A stretch of DNA of 64,000 nt from an uncultured Flavobacteriaceae bacterium (GCA_942492425.1 CALOEQ010000016.1:43156-107155); one strand, 5' to 3'; shown: positions 31,578 through 42,704, counted from the first letter of the stretch. The notes: generated from the sequence alone by a model not told the origin. Translations and numbers: made by a program.

Positions 31578-34547
31578 ATGCAGAACAAGGGACTTGTTAG
31601 ATTATTTGCGATCATTTTGAGTGTAGTTTGTCTCTATCAACTATCCTTTACGTGGTTCGCAAAGAATGTGGAGAAAGAAGCAGCGATTTATGCAGAAACA
31701 ACTGCTACATCCTCTGATTCAGAAGATATTGGACGTCTCGAGAAAAAATACCTGGACTCTGTCGCAAACACACCGGTGGTGAATCTGGGTTTCACTGAGT
31801 TCACCTATGACGAAGTTAAAGAAAAGGAGATCAACCTGGGGCTGGACCTTAAAGGAGGTATCAATGCCATTTTGGAAGTATCCGTACGTGACATTCTCGT
31901 CGGCCTGTCGGACCAATCGAAAAACCCGGTGTTCAACCAGGCCCTCGACGATGCAACCCAGGCACAGAAAAACAGTGACAAGGACTATTTGACCCTGTTC
32001 TTCGAGTCCTTCGAGGCCGCTAGCCAGGGAAGTGTCAAGTTGGGTGATCCGAGCATCTTCGGAAACAAGTCGCTCAAGGACAAGATCAATTTCAAAATGA
32101 CCGATGAGGAGGTCAAGCCTATTTTGCAGGATGAGGTAAAAGGGTCCATAAACACGGCTTTCGAAGTTTTGAGAAGCCGTATTGACCGTTTCGGGGTGAC
32201 ACAACCCAATATCCAAAGGGTGGGAGAATCCGGAAGGATCCTTATTGAACTGCCCGGCGCCAAAGACATCGACCGGGTGAGAAAACTCCTCCAGAGCACT
32301 GCGGAACTCCAATTCTGGGAAGTATACACCAACCAGGAAATGGCACAGTTCTTTCTGTCTGCCAATACCACACTGGCTCAAATTCTCAAACCTGAAGAAG
32401 AGGTTGAAAAAGACAGCGCTACCACGACAGAAGAAGAAATTGACGATCTGTTGGGAGAAGTCAAGGACTCTATCGACTTCGAAACCCAAAACCCTTTGTT
32501 TGCCAAGCTTTTCGTGCGTTTTCCCCAAACCCAGGGAGACATCAGCTCGATGCTGGCATCGGCGAGCGTAAACGACACAGCGGCCATCAACAGCTACCTG
32601 GCGATGAAAGAGGTGAGAGCCTTGTTGCCGGCTGACATGAAATACACCAAATTCGCCTGGGATGTCAAGGCGAACAATGACTTTTTGAGCCTTTATGCAC
32701 TAAAGTCAAATCGCGATGACTTGGCGCCCATCCAGGGAGATGTCATTTCGGATGCGCAACAGGTTTTTGACCAGCTGGGTGCCAACCCTGAGGTCAGCAT
32801 GACCATGAACAGCAAAGGAACCAAGCAGTGGGCAAAAATGACAACGGCTAACGTTGGAAAATTTGTGGCGGTTGTTCTCGATGACTACGTCTACTCTGCT
32901 CCACGCGTCAACGACGCAATCACCACGGGCAGGACTTCGATATCGGGTCAGTTTACTATTGATGAGGCCCAGGATTTGGCCAATGCCCTGAAGTCCGGTA
33001 AGCTACCGGCTGCAGCACGTATCATCCAGTCTGACGTGGTTGGGCCCTCTTTGGGTCAGGAAGCCATCGACAGCGGTACCTATTCCTTTATCATTGCCCT
33101 GATCATCGTTTTGCTGTGGATGATATTCTACTATGGAAAGGCAGGAATATTCTCTGACATTGCACTGGCACTCAACATACTATTCATCTTTGGTGTTCTC
33201 GCCTCGTTTGGAGCCGTGTTGACGCTGCCCGGAATCGCAGGTATCGTATTGACCATCGGTATGTCTGTGGATGCGAATGTTCTCATCTATGAGAGGATCA
33301 AGGAAGAGCTCAATAAAGGCAAAGGCATGAAAGAATCCATCAATGATGGTTTCAGCGGTGCCCTGTCATCCATTTTGGATGCCAACGTCACCACCCTTCT
33401 TACAGGTATCATCCTGTATGTCTTCGGAACCGGACCGGTAAAAGGTTTCGCGACTACGCTCATGATCGGTATCGTGACTTCTCTTTTCTCAGCCATCTTC
33501 ATCACCCGATTGTTGATCGAGTGGTACGTGAGAGGAAACAAGACACTGACCTTCAACACCAATATCACCAAGAATTGGTTCAAGGACGTTGATGTGGATT
33601 TCCTGAGAAAAAGAAAAATGGCCTATATCATTTCAGGAACTATACTCATCGTCGGTATCGGTTCGCTCCTGACCAACGGTTTGAATTACGGTGTCGACTT
33701 CAAAGGAGGTAGAACGTATACGGTTCGATTTGCAGAGAACGTGAGTGCGCCTGAAGTAGCCAATAGCTTGAAGGATGCCTTTGGAAGCTCTCCTGAGGTT
33801 AAAACCTTCGGTTCGGCCAACCAGCTCAAGATCACAACCAAATTCAAAATCGATGACAACAGCGTCGGTGTTGATGAGGAGATTCAGAACCTTCTTTACA
33901 CGGGAGTTCAGGCTTTCCTTCCCGAGGGAATCAGCTACGACCAGTTCAAAGGAGCCGACAACGAAATGAACGTCGGAATCATGCAGTCGATCAAAGTCGG
34001 CCCAACGATTGCCGACGATATCAAGCAGGCTGCTTTTTGGGCTATTTTGGGGTCTCTCATTGTCGTATTCCTTTACATATTGCTTCGCTTTAGAAAATGG
34101 CAATTCAGCCTTGGGGCAGTTGCGGCGGTTTTCCACGACGTGCTGATCGTGCTTTCGATCTTCTCCTTGTTTTACAAGATATTGCCGTTTGACATGGAAA
34201 TAGGACAGTCCTTCATTGCAGCTATCCTGACGGTTGTGGGTTACTCCCTGAACGATACGGTGGTTATCTTTGACCGTATCCGCGAGTTTCACTTGAAGCA
34301 CCCGAACTGGGTCTACAGCAGAACTGTGAACACGGCTCTGAGCAGCACCCTGGGAAGAACGGTGAATACCTCGCTTACCACCTTGATCGTATTGCTCGCG
34401 ATATTCATCTTTGGAGGTGATTCCATCAAAGGATTCATGTTTGCCCTCATCATTGGTGTGATCGTGGGTACTTATTCCTCGCTTTTCATCGCCTCGCCAA
34501 TCATGTACGATACGACAGAAAAGCTCGGAAAGAAATCCAAGAAATAA
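31578..34547 (+). CDS. secDF: Protein translocase subunit SecDF (fused)
   Basis: LGLDLKGG, RILIELPG, VGPSLG, GMSVDANVLIYERIKEE, GVDFKGG, GYSLNDTVVIFDRIRE. Confidence 0.98.
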   Translation: MQNKGLVRLFAIILSVVCLYQLSFTWFAKNVEKEAAIYAETTATSSDSEDIGRLEKKYLDSVANTPVVNLGFTEFTYDEVKEKEINLGLDLKGGINAILEVSVRDILVGLSDQSKNPVFNQALDDATQAQKNSDKDYLTLFFESFEAASQGSVKLGDPSIFGNKSLKDKINFKMTDEEVKPILQDEVKGSINTAFEVLRSRIDRFGVTQPNIQRVGESGRILIELPGAKDIDRVRKLLQSTAELQFWEVYTNQEMAQFFLSANTTLAQILKPEEEVEKDSATTTEEEIDDLLGEVKDSIDFETQNPLFAKLFVRFPQTQGDISSMLASASVNDTAAINSYLAMKEVRALLPADMKYTKFAWDVKANNDFLSLYALKSNRDDLAPIQGDVISDAQQVFDQLGANPEVSMTMNSKGTKQWAKMTTANVGKFVAVVLDDYVYSAPRVNDAITTGRTSISGQFTIDEAQDLANALKSGKLPAAARIIQSDVVGPSLGQEAIDSGTYSFIIALIIVLLWMIFYYGKAGIFSDIALALNILFIFGVLASFGAVLTLPGIAGIVLTIGMSVDANVLIYERIKEELNKGKGMKESINDGFSGALSSILDANVTTLLTGIILYVFGTGPVKGFATTLMIGIVTSLFSAIFITRLLIEWYVRGNKTLTFNTNITKNWFKDVDVDFLRKRKMAYIISGTILIVGIGSLLTNGLNYGVDFKGGRTYTVRFAENVSAPEVANSLKDAFGSSPEVKTFGSANQLKITTKFKIDDNSVGVDEEIQNLLYTGVQAFLPEGISYDQFKGADNEMNVGIMQSIKVGPTIADDIKQAAFWAILGSLIVVFLYILLRFRKWQFSLGAVAAVFHDVLIVLSIFSLFYKILPFDMEIGQSFIAAILTVVGYSLNDTVVIFDRIREFHLKHPNWVYSRTVNTALSSTLGRTVNTSLTTLIVLLAIFIFGGDSIKGFMFALIIGVIVGTYSSLFIASPIMYDTTEKLGKKSKK

Positions 34548-34673
34548 GATTCCATGACCGGTTGTTTCCGGTCTTGAATTCAAACGATTCAAGTAAAAAC
34601 CTTTTGGGCAATATTGCTCGAAAGGTTTTTACTTTTTACTAATTTTGCAGTCTCTCAGAAACATTTGCCGACC

Positions 34674-35222
34674 ATGAGCTCGACGAGTAGCATTAAAATC
34701 AAAGATCGAACCTTTGTCCCCTTTATAGACCGGGAGAGAATTGCGAAATACGTGAAGTTTCTTGCCAATCGGGTTGCAGAGGAAATGGAACCTGAAGAGG
34801 TTCCGATCTTTGTTGGCATTCTCAATGGCTCTTTCATGTTTGCTGCAGATTTTATCCGGGAATACCCTGGGGATTGTCATATCACTTTTGTGAAAATGGC
34901 CTCCTATGATGGATTGAATTCATCCGGCAAGGTCAAACACCTGGTGGGGGTCAATGAAGACCTGAACGGCAAGACAGTTGTGATTTTAGAAGACATCATA
35001 GATACCGGGAACACGCTGGCAGAGATCTATGAGATTTTCAGGGACAAGAACGTGAAGCAATTGAAAATTGCAACCCTGTTCTTTAAACCCGACGTCTTCA
35101 AAAAGGAATTGCCCATCGATTATATTGGCAAGTCCATTGAAGACAAATTCGTCATTGGCTATGGACTTGATTTCGACGGGCTGGGCAGGAATCTGCCGGA
35201 TTTGTACCAGCTCGAGGAATGA
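34674..35222 (+). CDS. hpt: Hypoxanthine phosphoribosyltransferase
   Basis: GILNGSFMFAAD, LEDIIDTGNT, FVIGYGLDF. Confidence 0.93.
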   Translation: MSSTSSIKIKDRTFVPFIDRERIAKYVKFLANRVAEEMEPEEVPIFVGILNGSFMFAADFIREYPGDCHITFVKMASYDGLNSSGKVKHLVGVNEDLNGKTVVILEDIIDTGNTLAEIYEIFRDKNVKQLKIATLFFKPDVFKKELPIDYIGKSIEDKFVIGYGLDFDGLGRNLPDLYQLEE

Positions 35223-35256
35223 CCAAAGAAATAAAAGTGAACCAAATACGCAAAAC

Positions 35257-35829
35257 ATGAAGAATATAGTTCTTTTCGGACCTCCGGGAGCAGGCAAAGG
35301 CACTCAGGCCGTTCTTTTGAAAGACAAATACAATCTGGTCCATATCTCAACAGGTGACGTTTTCAGATACAACATCAAAAATGAAACCGCATTGGGCAAA
35401 CTGGCCAAGTCCTACATAGACAATGGAGATCTCGTTCCAGATGAGGTTACCATAGATATGCTCAAGGCAGAGGTCAACAGCAACCCGGATGCCGAGGGAT
35501 TCATATTTGACGGATTTCCCAGGACCGAGTCCCAGGCGATCTCCCTTGACGCCTTTTTGAATGAAAAGAACGAATCCATCAATGGCATGGTCGCCCTTGA
35601 GGTACCCGAAGATTTGCTGGTTGAACGAATTTTGAACCGCGGAAAAACCAGTGGAAGAGCCGACGATCAGGACGTTGAAAAGATCAAGAACCGGTTCCAG
35701 GAATACGAGACCAAAACCTCGATCCTGAAGGAATATTACCAGAATCAAAACAAGTACTTCGGAATTGACGGCGTAGGGAGCATCGAGGAGATCACCTCGC
35801 GCCTGGAGAAGGTATTTGACAATCTTTAG
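35257..35829 (+). CDS. adk: Adenylate kinase
   Basis: FGPPGAGKGTQ, HISTGD, FDGFPRT, RADDQ (short LID). Confidence 0.97.
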   Translation: MKNIVLFGPPGAGKGTQAVLLKDKYNLVHISTGDVFRYNIKNETALGKLAKSYIDNGDLVPDEVTIDMLKAEVNSNPDAEGFIFDGFPRTESQAISLDAFLNEKNESINGMVALEVPEDLLVERILNRGKTSGRADDQDVEKIKNRFQEYETKTSILKEYYQNQNKYFGIDGVGSIEEITSRLEKVFDNL

Positions 35830-35838
35830 GGTCGTTAC

Positions 35839-36828
35839 ATGACAGAAGGAAACTTTGTTGACTATATAAAAATCTGGGCCGCATCCGGCCACGGCGGAAA
35901 AGGGTCTGTGCATCTGCATCGTGAAAAGTTTGTGACCAAGGGAGGTCCGGATGGAGGTGACGGTGGACGCGGTGGCCATGTCATCCTCAGGGGAAACAAG
36001 AACATGTGGACCCTGTATCATCTCAAATTCAAAAAACACTTCAAAGCCGAACACGGGGCTGCTGGAAGCAAGAACAGGAGCACCGGGAAAGACGGAGAGG
36101 ACGTGTATGTCGATGTCCCGCTGGGAACCGTTATAAGAGACGGGGAAACCCAGGAGATGCTCTTCGAGATCACGACCGACGGCGAGGAGTTGATCCTGTG
36201 TGAAGGAGGCAAGGGCGGCAAAGGGAACTGGCACTTCAAATCAGCCACGAATCAGACCCCGAGATATGCCCAACCGGGCCTGGAAGGACAGGAGGGCTGG
36301 TACCAGCTTGAATTGAAACTGCTTGCAGACGTCGGACTGGTCGGATTCCCGAATGCCGGAAAATCGACTCTGCTTTCGGTCCTGACATCAGCCAAACCCA
36401 AAATTGCCGATTACGAGTTTACCACGCTCAAGCCCAACCTGGGGATCGTGGAATACAGGGGCTTCAAGAGCTTTGTGATGGCCGACATTCCCGGGATCAT
36501 AGAAGGAGCGGCAGAAGGCAAAGGGCTGGGACACAGGTTTCTCAGGCATATTGAGCGAAATTCCACCCTGCTTTTTCTGATACCGGCTGACAGCAAGGAC
36601 ATCCGCGAGGAGTACAAAATCCTCCTCAATGAATTGAAAAAACACAATCCTGAGTTGCTCGATAAAGAAAGGCTTCTCGCTATCAGCAAATCGGATCTTC
36701 TGGACGAGGAGCTCGAAGCGGAATTGAAACAGGAGCTCCCTGAGGACATTCCTCACATTTTCATCTCCTCGCTTTCTCAAAAAGGCCTTGTAGAGCTTAA
36801 GGACATGCTCTGGGACATGCTCAACTGA
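35839..36828 (+). CDS. obgE: GTPase ObgE/CgtA
   Basis: [35 protein letters not shown]. Confidence 0.98.
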   Translation: MTEGNFVDYIKIWAASGHGGKGSVHLHREKFVTKGGPDGGDGGRGGHVILRGNKNMWTLYHLKFKKHFKAEHGAAGSKNRSTGKDGEDVYVDVPLGTVIRDGETQEMLFEITTDGEELILCEGGKGGKGNWHFKSATNQTPRYAQPGLEGQEGWYQLELKLLADVGLVGFPNAGKSTLLSVLTSAKPKIADYEFTTLKPNLGIVEYRGFKSFVMADIPGIIEGAAEGKGLGHRFLRHIERNSTLLFLIPADSKDIREEYKILLNELKKHNPELLDKERLLAISKSDLLDEELEAELKQELPEDIPHIFISSLSQKGLVELKDMLWDMLN

Positions 36829-36831
36829 CCG

Positions 36832-36972
36832 CTATTCTCTCACTTCAAAAAGTCCCGACAACAAGCTGTCGACATTGAAAAACAAAAAGAGGACTATGAT
36901 CAGGAGGATCAACAGGATAATCGCCCTTTTGTAATTGGGCTTCTTTCTTTTTACAAATTTGGTTTCCGTCAT
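36832..36972 (-). CDS. Small single-pass membrane protein (46 aa), below the ORF-track cutoff
   Basis: MTETKFVKRKKPNYKRAIILLILLIIVLFLFFNVDSLLSGLFEVRE: basic N-terminus plus TM helix; fills the gap between obgE and mnmD. Confidence 0.7.
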   Translation of the reverse strand: MTETKFVKRKKPNYKRAIILLILLIIVLFLFFNVDSLLSGLFEVRE

Positions 36973-37020
36973 AGCGCCATAACTTAATCCAACTCCAAGT
37001 TACCCAAAAAGGGATCAAAT

Positions 37021-37698
37021 TCAAAGCATTTCCAGGTCTTTTGTACCCCTCAACATTTCTCGTTTCCCCGGAGGACCGGGAAGTCGTTCCACCTCAAAAC
37101 CAACAGCCTGCAGAGCCCTTCTGACACTTCCCTTGGCCGAGTAGGTCACCAAAACACCTTTTTGGCCAAGGGCCCGGTACATTTTTTCAAAAATGGCTTC
37201 TGTCCATAGCTCGGGCTGCACCCGCGGACCAAAAGCGTCAAAATAGATCAGATCATAAGTGGCCGACTCGTTGAAATCAGTCAAAAGACCTTTTACCTTC
37301 CTCAATTCGAAGCTTTCGTCGATCCGTGCAGTTCGGTCCCAGGGACTTTTGTGCAAGCTCTCAAAAAGGGATTGTGACTCCTCATGTCCGAGTGCAGCCG
37401 GGTAGTCGAGTTCTATAGCCATATCGATCGAAATCGGGTACGCCTCAAGGCCGCAATAATGTACCTTCAGATTTCGATTTTGGGCCTCCAGCCAGGTGAT
37501 GAAGCAGTTCAAACCCGTGCCAAAACCCATTTCTAAAATTCTGACCTCGGTGCCATCTCCAAACATATCCAGGCCGCTTCGAATAAAGACGTGGTAGGCT
37601 TCCTGCAGGGCCCCATGACGGGAGTGATAAGTCTCGTCATGTTCCGGAAGGTAAAGGCTTTTGGAACCATCGGAAGTTTGGATGATTTTTCGCTCCAT
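37021..37698 (-). CDS. mnmD: tRNA mnm5s2U34 methyltransferase MnmD (MnmC N-terminal domain)
   Basis: TSDGS.SL, ETYHSRHGALQE..HVF, LEMGFGTGLN, YFDAFGP, PELW, ERLPGPPGKREM. Confidence 0.92.
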   Translation of the reverse strand: MERKIIQTSDGSKSLYLPEHDETYHSRHGALQEAYHVFIRSGLDMFGDGTEVRILEMGFGTGLNCFITWLEAQNRNLKVHYCGLEAYPISIDMAIELDYPAALGHEESQSLFESLHKSPWDRTARIDESFELRKVKGLLTDFNESATYDLIYFDAFGPRVQPELWTEAIFEKMYRALGQKGVLVTYSAKGSVRRALQAVGFEVERLPGPPGKREMLRGTKDLEML

Positions 37699-37794
37699 CT
37701 CAAGGGATTTGAAGCAAAGGTAACCAAATAAATTCCTTGGGGCCAAAGCCGTAATTGAGCCATATTGTCTATTTTTGTATTAAAATACAATAGG

Positions 37795-38865
37795 ATGAGC
37801 TTCGAAGTCAGCAATACGATTCTAATTGAGAGAGCACAGCAATCAAAGATCAGTGAGGTCGATTTTGACAATCTGCCATTTGGCAAGATCCGAACCGATC
37901 ACATGCTCATATGTGAATATTCAGACGGAAAGTGGAATCAGCCCCGCGTTGTTCCTTACCAGGACATCAGCCTGGACCCTTCAGCCAAGATCTTCCATTA
38001 CGGTCAATCGATTTTTGAGGGGATGAAGGCCTACAAAGATGAGCAGGACAGAATTTGGCTTTTCAGGCCGTTAGAGAATCAGAAGAGGCTGAACATCTCT
38101 GCGAAAAGACTGGCAATGCCAGAGCTCCCCGAAGCCTATTTCATGGAAGGACTCAGCACACTGTTGAAGTTGGACAAGGAATGGATTCCAACAACTGCAG
38201 ACAGCTCACTTTACGTGCGGCCATTCATGTTCGCATCAGGAAAGGGTTTCCACGCTTCTCCTTCGGATGCCTACACCTTTGTCATCGCCTGCTCTCCTTC
38301 AGGACCTTACTTTGGCGGAAAGATCAAGGTCCTTATCGAGGAAAAATACGCCCGTGCCGCGAACGGAGGAGTTGGCTTTGCCAAGGCCGGAGGAAATTAT
38401 GCCGGACAGTTCTATCCAACCAACCTGGCCATTGAAAAGGGTTACCAGCAGGTGATCTGGACCGACGACATCAAACACGAGTTCATTGAGGAAGCCGGGG
38501 CCATGAATATTTTCGTCCGCATCGGAGACAAACTGCTCACTGCACCCACCAGCGACCGAATACTCGACGGGGTGACCCGAAAGAGCATCATCGACGTGGC
38601 AAAAGACATGGGAATCGACGTGGAGGTCAAAAAAATAAGAGTGGATGAACTGATCGAGGCCCATCAAAAAGGAGAGCTCAAAGAGATGTTTGGCGCAGGA
38701 ACCGCGGCAGTCGTCTCTCCCATCTCCGGATTCGGCTACCAAAACAAAGATTACGAGCTTCCTGAATTGGAGGACAATTACGCTGACACCCTGAAAAAGA
38801 GAATCACCGACATCCAGTACAATCGGGACGAGGACAAGTTCGGCTGGCGCTACGAGGTCAAATGA
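37795..38865 (+). CDS. ilvE: Branched-chain amino acid aminotransferase
   Basis: FHYGQSIFEGMKAY, LYVRPF, AKAGGNY (PLP lysine), EEAGAMN, ILDGVTRKS, GAGTAAVV. Confidence 0.96.
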   Translation: MSFEVSNTILIERAQQSKISEVDFDNLPFGKIRTDHMLICEYSDGKWNQPRVVPYQDISLDPSAKIFHYGQSIFEGMKAYKDEQDRIWLFRPLENQKRLNISAKRLAMPELPEAYFMEGLSTLLKLDKEWIPTTADSSLYVRPFMFASGKGFHASPSDAYTFVIACSPSGPYFGGKIKVLIEEKYARAANGGVGFAKAGGNYAGQFYPTNLAIEKGYQQVIWTDDIKHEFIEEAGAMNIFVRIGDKLLTAPTSDRILDGVTRKSIIDVAKDMGIDVEVKKIRVDELIEAHQKGELKEMFGAGTAAVVSPISGFGYQNKDYELPELEDNYADTLKKRITDIQYNRDEDKFGWRYEVK

Positions 38866-39250
38866 CTTTCCTTAGAATTGTCTCAATGTCAGGCTTGAAG
38901 TAATTCGGACCCTTCATGACTTTGCCGTCTTCCCGGTAGATCGGTTTGCCGTCCTGGCCCAATTTACTCATGTTGCTGCGCTGAATCTCTTCGAAAACTT
39001 CTTCGATCTTGTGCTGCATGCCGTGCTCGAGTATCGTTCCGCACAGGATGTAGAGCATGTCACCGAGGGCGTCCGCGACTTCGATCAGATCCCCGTTTCG
39101 CGCGGCTTCCAGGTATTCCTCATTTTCCTCGGCCATCAGGTTGAACCGCAGTTGAAGCTTTTCCTCGGGGAGCGAGGCTATCGGCTCGTGCCGAACACCC
39201 AGCCCAAAGGCCTCATGGAAATCCTGGACCGCTTTTATTTTCTTGTTCAT
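38858..39250 (-). CDS. MazG-like nucleoside triphosphate pyrophosphohydrolase
   Basis: EENEEYLEA...EVADALGDMLY, EIQRSNMSK, DGKVMKG. Confidence 0.9.
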   Translation of the reverse strand: MNKKIKAVQDFHEAFGLGVRHEPIASLPEEKLQLRFNLMAEENEEYLEAARNGDLIEVADALGDMLYILCGTILEHGMQHKIEEVFEEIQRSNMSKLGQDGKPIYREDGKVMKGPNYFKPDIETILRKVI

Positions 39251-39253
39251 TCT

Positions 39254-39976
39254 TTAAAAAAATTTAACTAGAATTCCGGGAGGCAATATCCGTATCATCA
39301 GGGCGACCAAGCCCCAACGACGGGTGACGTAGACCCTCCTCTTTTTTTTCTTAATTCCTGCGTAAATCTGTCGGGACGCTTTGTCAAGGGTAGCCATCCA
39401 AAAGGTGTCCCCGGTGATTATATCGGTATCGACATATCCCGGTAAGATATCGGTTACCTGGATTTTTGCCTTTTTCGTACGTTTGGCTTTCATCCACAAG
39501 GATTCGAGATAGTTCGACTGAAAGGACTTCGAGGCGTGATACGCCGGTACGTGCCTGTTTCCGACCAGGGAGGCTATGGAGGTGATCCCGACCAAATGTC
39601 CGTGCCCCTGAATTTTGAAGTAGTTGTAGGCCAGCTGATAAACGCGGGCTGCCCCGATCACATTGGTGTTCAAGGTAGGCAGGTCCTTGTCCCATTCAAG
39701 ATCAAAATTGTTCTCCCCGATCCCCGAATTGTGGATGATCAGATTCACCTGGCCCATTGTGGAAGGCAGTTCTTCAAAGAGCCTTCCCGTGTCATCGACA
39801 TCGGTTATGTCGTGCTGCCGGATCACGTAGGATTTCGGAGCGGTCGCTTGAAGTGACTCCAGTCGTTCAAGTCTTCTGCCCGTGATCAATACCTTGTAAC
39901 CGTCCTGGACCAACAGCTGTGAAAGTGCCCTTCCTATCCCTGAGGTTGCCCCGAAAACAATCGCATTTCTGGTCAT
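39254..39976 (-). CDS. SDR family oxidoreductase
   Basis: GATSGIG, NSGIG, YHASK (YxxxK), PGYVDT. Confidence 0.92.
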   Translation of the reverse strand: MTRNAIVFGATSGIGRALSQLLVQDGYKVLITGRRLERLESLQATAPKSYVIRQHDITDVDDTGRLFEELPSTMGQVNLIIHNSGIGENNFDLEWDKDLPTLNTNVIGAARVYQLAYNYFKIQGHGHLVGITSIASLVGNRHVPAYHASKSFQSNYLESLWMKAKRTKKAKIQVTDILPGYVDTDIITGDTFWMATLDKASRQIYAGIKKKKRRVYVTRRWGLVALMIRILPPGILVKFF

Positions 39977-40011
39977 AAACTCTTACCTTTGCAGTCGTAA
40001 ATATAACCAAA

Positions 40012-40197
40012 ATGTTCTCCAAGGGACAAACGATTTTTGCCGTGCTATTTGCCCTCGCTTTTGTGGGGATGATGATATGGAGCTACCGAAAGGACATCCC
40101 GCTCCACAGGACCTATTACAGCAAAGTTTGGTTGGTGGCCCTGGGAATATTCCTGGTCATTGCCCTGTTCGCGGCCATCACTTTCTGGCTGCATTAA
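40012..40197 (+). CDS. Small two-helix membrane protein
   Basis: 61 aa with two hydrophobic segments and its own TAnnTTTG-like promoter (TACCTTTG) upstream. Confidence 0.75.
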   Translation: MFSKGQTIFAVLFALAFVGMMIWSYRKDIPLHRTYYSKVWLVALGIFLVIALFAAITFWLH

Positions 40198-40230
40198 GTC
40201 GGACTTCATGAAGTCGCTTGAATTTTCTAA

Positions 40231-41499
40231 TTAAATGCTTTCGACCGGCTTTTCCTCAGGCACAATCTTGTAGAGCTTGTCGCTCGGCCTGATCCTGAAT
40301 TCGAGAGGAAGGGTAATGGAGTCCCCGCGAGATGCGACATCTCCTTTCTCATCGTTTACAAACATTTCTTTCACCTGAAGCTCCTGGGCTCCTGTTGTGG
40401 GGCCGGTAATGAGAATCGTATCCCCGACCTTGAGATCAAACGCTTCAAGCTTGAATTCCCCGATGGAGGCTTTCGGGAAGTAGTGCACCCCTTTTCCGAT
40501 GTACACCTTTTTCTGTGTGGCATGAGATCCTGATCCTTTGCTCCACTCTCCCAGCTTTTGGCCCAGGTAATACCCGTTCCAGAATCCGCGATTGTAAACC
40601 TTCTCAAGATCTTTCATCCATTCGATCACCTTGTCCTTGTCATAGGTTCCTGCCGTAATCGAGTCAATCGCATCGCGATAGCAACGAATCACCTTGGCCA
40701 CGTACTCCGGCGCCCTGCCGCGACCTTCTATCTTCAGGACCTTGATCCCGGCATCCGAAACCTGATCGAGAATGTCAATGGTGCACAGGTCTTTGGGGGA
40801 CATGATATATTCATTGTCGATCTCCATTTCGAAGCCCGACTCCTGGTCGATCACCGTGTATTTCTTTCTGCAATTCTGCTTGCAGGCTCCCCGGTTTGCA
40901 GAGGAATTATGCGAGTGCAGGCTCAAATAGCATTTGCCCGATACGGCCATGCAAAGCGCCCCGTGACCAAAGATCTCGATCTCGACAAGCCGTCCCGAAG
41001 GGCCTTTGATCTGCTCCTTCTCGATCTGCTCCGTGATCTTTTTCACCTGACGCAGGCTGAGCTCCCGGCTCAATACGACAGTATCCGCAAACATGGCATA
41101 GAACTTCAGGGTCTCGATGTTGGTCACATTGATCTGAGTTGAGATGTGAACCTCCATCCCTTCCTGTCGCGCTATGGCAATGACGGCCTGATCCATCGCA
41201 ATGACTGCTGTGATCTTCGCTTCCTTTGCCTGTCGGATAAGGGTCTTCACGATACTCAGATCGTGATCGTAAATGATGGTGTTCAGGGTCAGATAGGTGC
41301 GAACGTTTTTCGCACTGCAGCGGTCGGATATCTCCTGCAGGTCATCCAGTGTGAAATTGATCGAGGCACGTGCCCGCATATTCAATTGCTCCACTCCAAA
41401 GTAAACCGAATCTGCTCCATTGTCGAGTGCCGCCTGCAGGGACTCGAAATTACCCGCCGGAGCCATGAGCTCAATCTTGTTCTCGCTGTTCACTACCAT
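40231..41499 (-). CDS. Peptidase U32 family protein (tRNA/rRNA hydroxylation-type)
   Basis: ELMAPAG, GADSVYFG, E.F.HGALCMAVSGKC, NRGACKQNCR, KIEGR. Confidence 0.92.
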   Translation of the reverse strand: MVVNSENKIELMAPAGNFESLQAALDNGADSVYFGVEQLNMRARASINFTLDDLQEISDRCSAKNVRTYLTLNTIIYDHDLSIVKTLIRQAKEAKITAVIAMDQAVIAIARQEGMEVHISTQINVTNIETLKFYAMFADTVVLSRELSLRQVKKITEQIEKEQIKGPSGRLVEIEIFGHGALCMAVSGKCYLSLHSHNSSANRGACKQNCRKKYTVIDQESGFEMEIDNEYIMSPKDLCTIDILDQVSDAGIKVLKIEGRGRAPEYVAKVIRCYRDAIDSITAGTYDKDKVIEWMKDLEKVYNRGFWNGYYLGQKLGEWSKGSGSHATQKKVYIGKGVHYFPKASIGEFKLEAFDLKVGDTILITGPTTGAQELQVKEMFVNDEKGDVASRGDSITLPLEFRIRPSDKLYKIVPEEKPVESI

Positions 41500-41688
41500 A
41501 GTGCCATTTTTTCTGAGCTGCAAAAATACGATATATTCTTAAAATGTCGCTTTGTTAAAAAAACCCGACTCCCGGGCAAAGCTGAAATAAATTAAACAAT
41601 GTGCCAAGATTCGATGAAACCTTTGCCCGACATCTCACATAAATTGTGATATTTGCTCCTTCAAAAGCAAACAAATAAATATTTGAAA

Positions 41689-42684
41689 ATGAAAATTGCA
41701 GTTGTAGGAGCCACCGGAATGGTCGGTCACGTCATGTTAAAGGTGCTCGAGGAAAGAAATTTCCCGGTCACGGAGCTTTTGCTTGTCGCCTCTGAAAGAT
41801 CAGTAGGAAAGACAATGCAGTTCAAGGGAAAAGACCATGTTGTCATCGGGTTGGAGGACGCCGTGAAAGCACGTCCGGACATAGCCCTGTTCTCAGCGGG
41901 TGGTGGAACGTCACTCGAATGGGCACCAAAATTCGCAGAAGTCGGAACTACCGTGGTTGACAATTCCTCGGCCTGGCGGATGGATCCGGACAAAAAACTC
42001 GTCGTGCCCGAGATCAATGCTTCCGAGTTGACCGAAAACGACAAGATCATCGCCAATCCGAATTGCTCAACCATACAAATGGTGGTCGCACTGGCCCCTC
42101 TGCACAAAAAGTACAAAATCAAACGCCTGGTGATTTCTACCTACCAGTCCATCACGGGAACCGGGGTAAAAGCCGTTCAACAGTTGGAGAATGAATATGA
42201 AGGTGTTCAAGGGGAAATGGCCTATCCCTACCCGATTCACAGGAATGCATTGCCGCACTGTGATGTCTTCGAGGCGAACGGCTACACGAAGGAGGAAATG
42301 AAGCTGGTCAGGGAGACCCAAAAGATCCTCAATGACAGAACCATAGCCGTAACAGCCACTGCAGTTCGAATCCCCGTGGTTGGTGGTCATTCGGAGAGCA
42401 TCAATGTCGAATTTGAGAAGGAATTCGACCTGGAAGAAGTCAGACAGATCCTACGTGAGACCGAAGGAGTCGTCGTGCAGGACGACCTGGAGACCAACAC
42501 CTACCCGATGCCGCGATTCGCAGAAGGAAAGGATGAGGTTTTTGTAGGAAGGCTGCGACGCGATGAGTCCCAACCCCAAACCCTGAACATGTGGGTGGTG
42601 AGTGACAACCTGAGAAAAGGTGCGGCTACCAACACGATTCAAATTGCGGAATACCTGGCGAAACACCAGCTAGTATCGGCATAG
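41689..42684 (+). CDS. asd: Aspartate-semialdehyde dehydrogenase
   Basis: VGATGMVG, DNSSAWRM, ANPNCST, TYQSITGTG, RIPVVGGHSE, DNLRKGAATN. Confidence 0.98.
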   Translation: MKIAVVGATGMVGHVMLKVLEERNFPVTELLLVASERSVGKTMQFKGKDHVVIGLEDAVKARPDIALFSAGGGTSLEWAPKFAEVGTTVVDNSSAWRMDPDKKLVVPEINASELTENDKIIANPNCSTIQMVVALAPLHKKYKIKRLVISTYQSITGTGVKAVQQLENEYEGVQGEMAYPYPIHRNALPHCDVFEANGYTKEEMKLVRETQKILNDRTIAVTATAVRIPVVGGHSESINVEFEKEFDLEEVRQILRETEGVVVQDDLETNTYPMPRFAEGKDEVFVGRLRRDESQPQTLNMWVVSDNLRKGAATNTIQIAEYLAKHQLVSA

Positions 42685-42704
42685 AAGACTGCCGAATTTG
42701 GACC

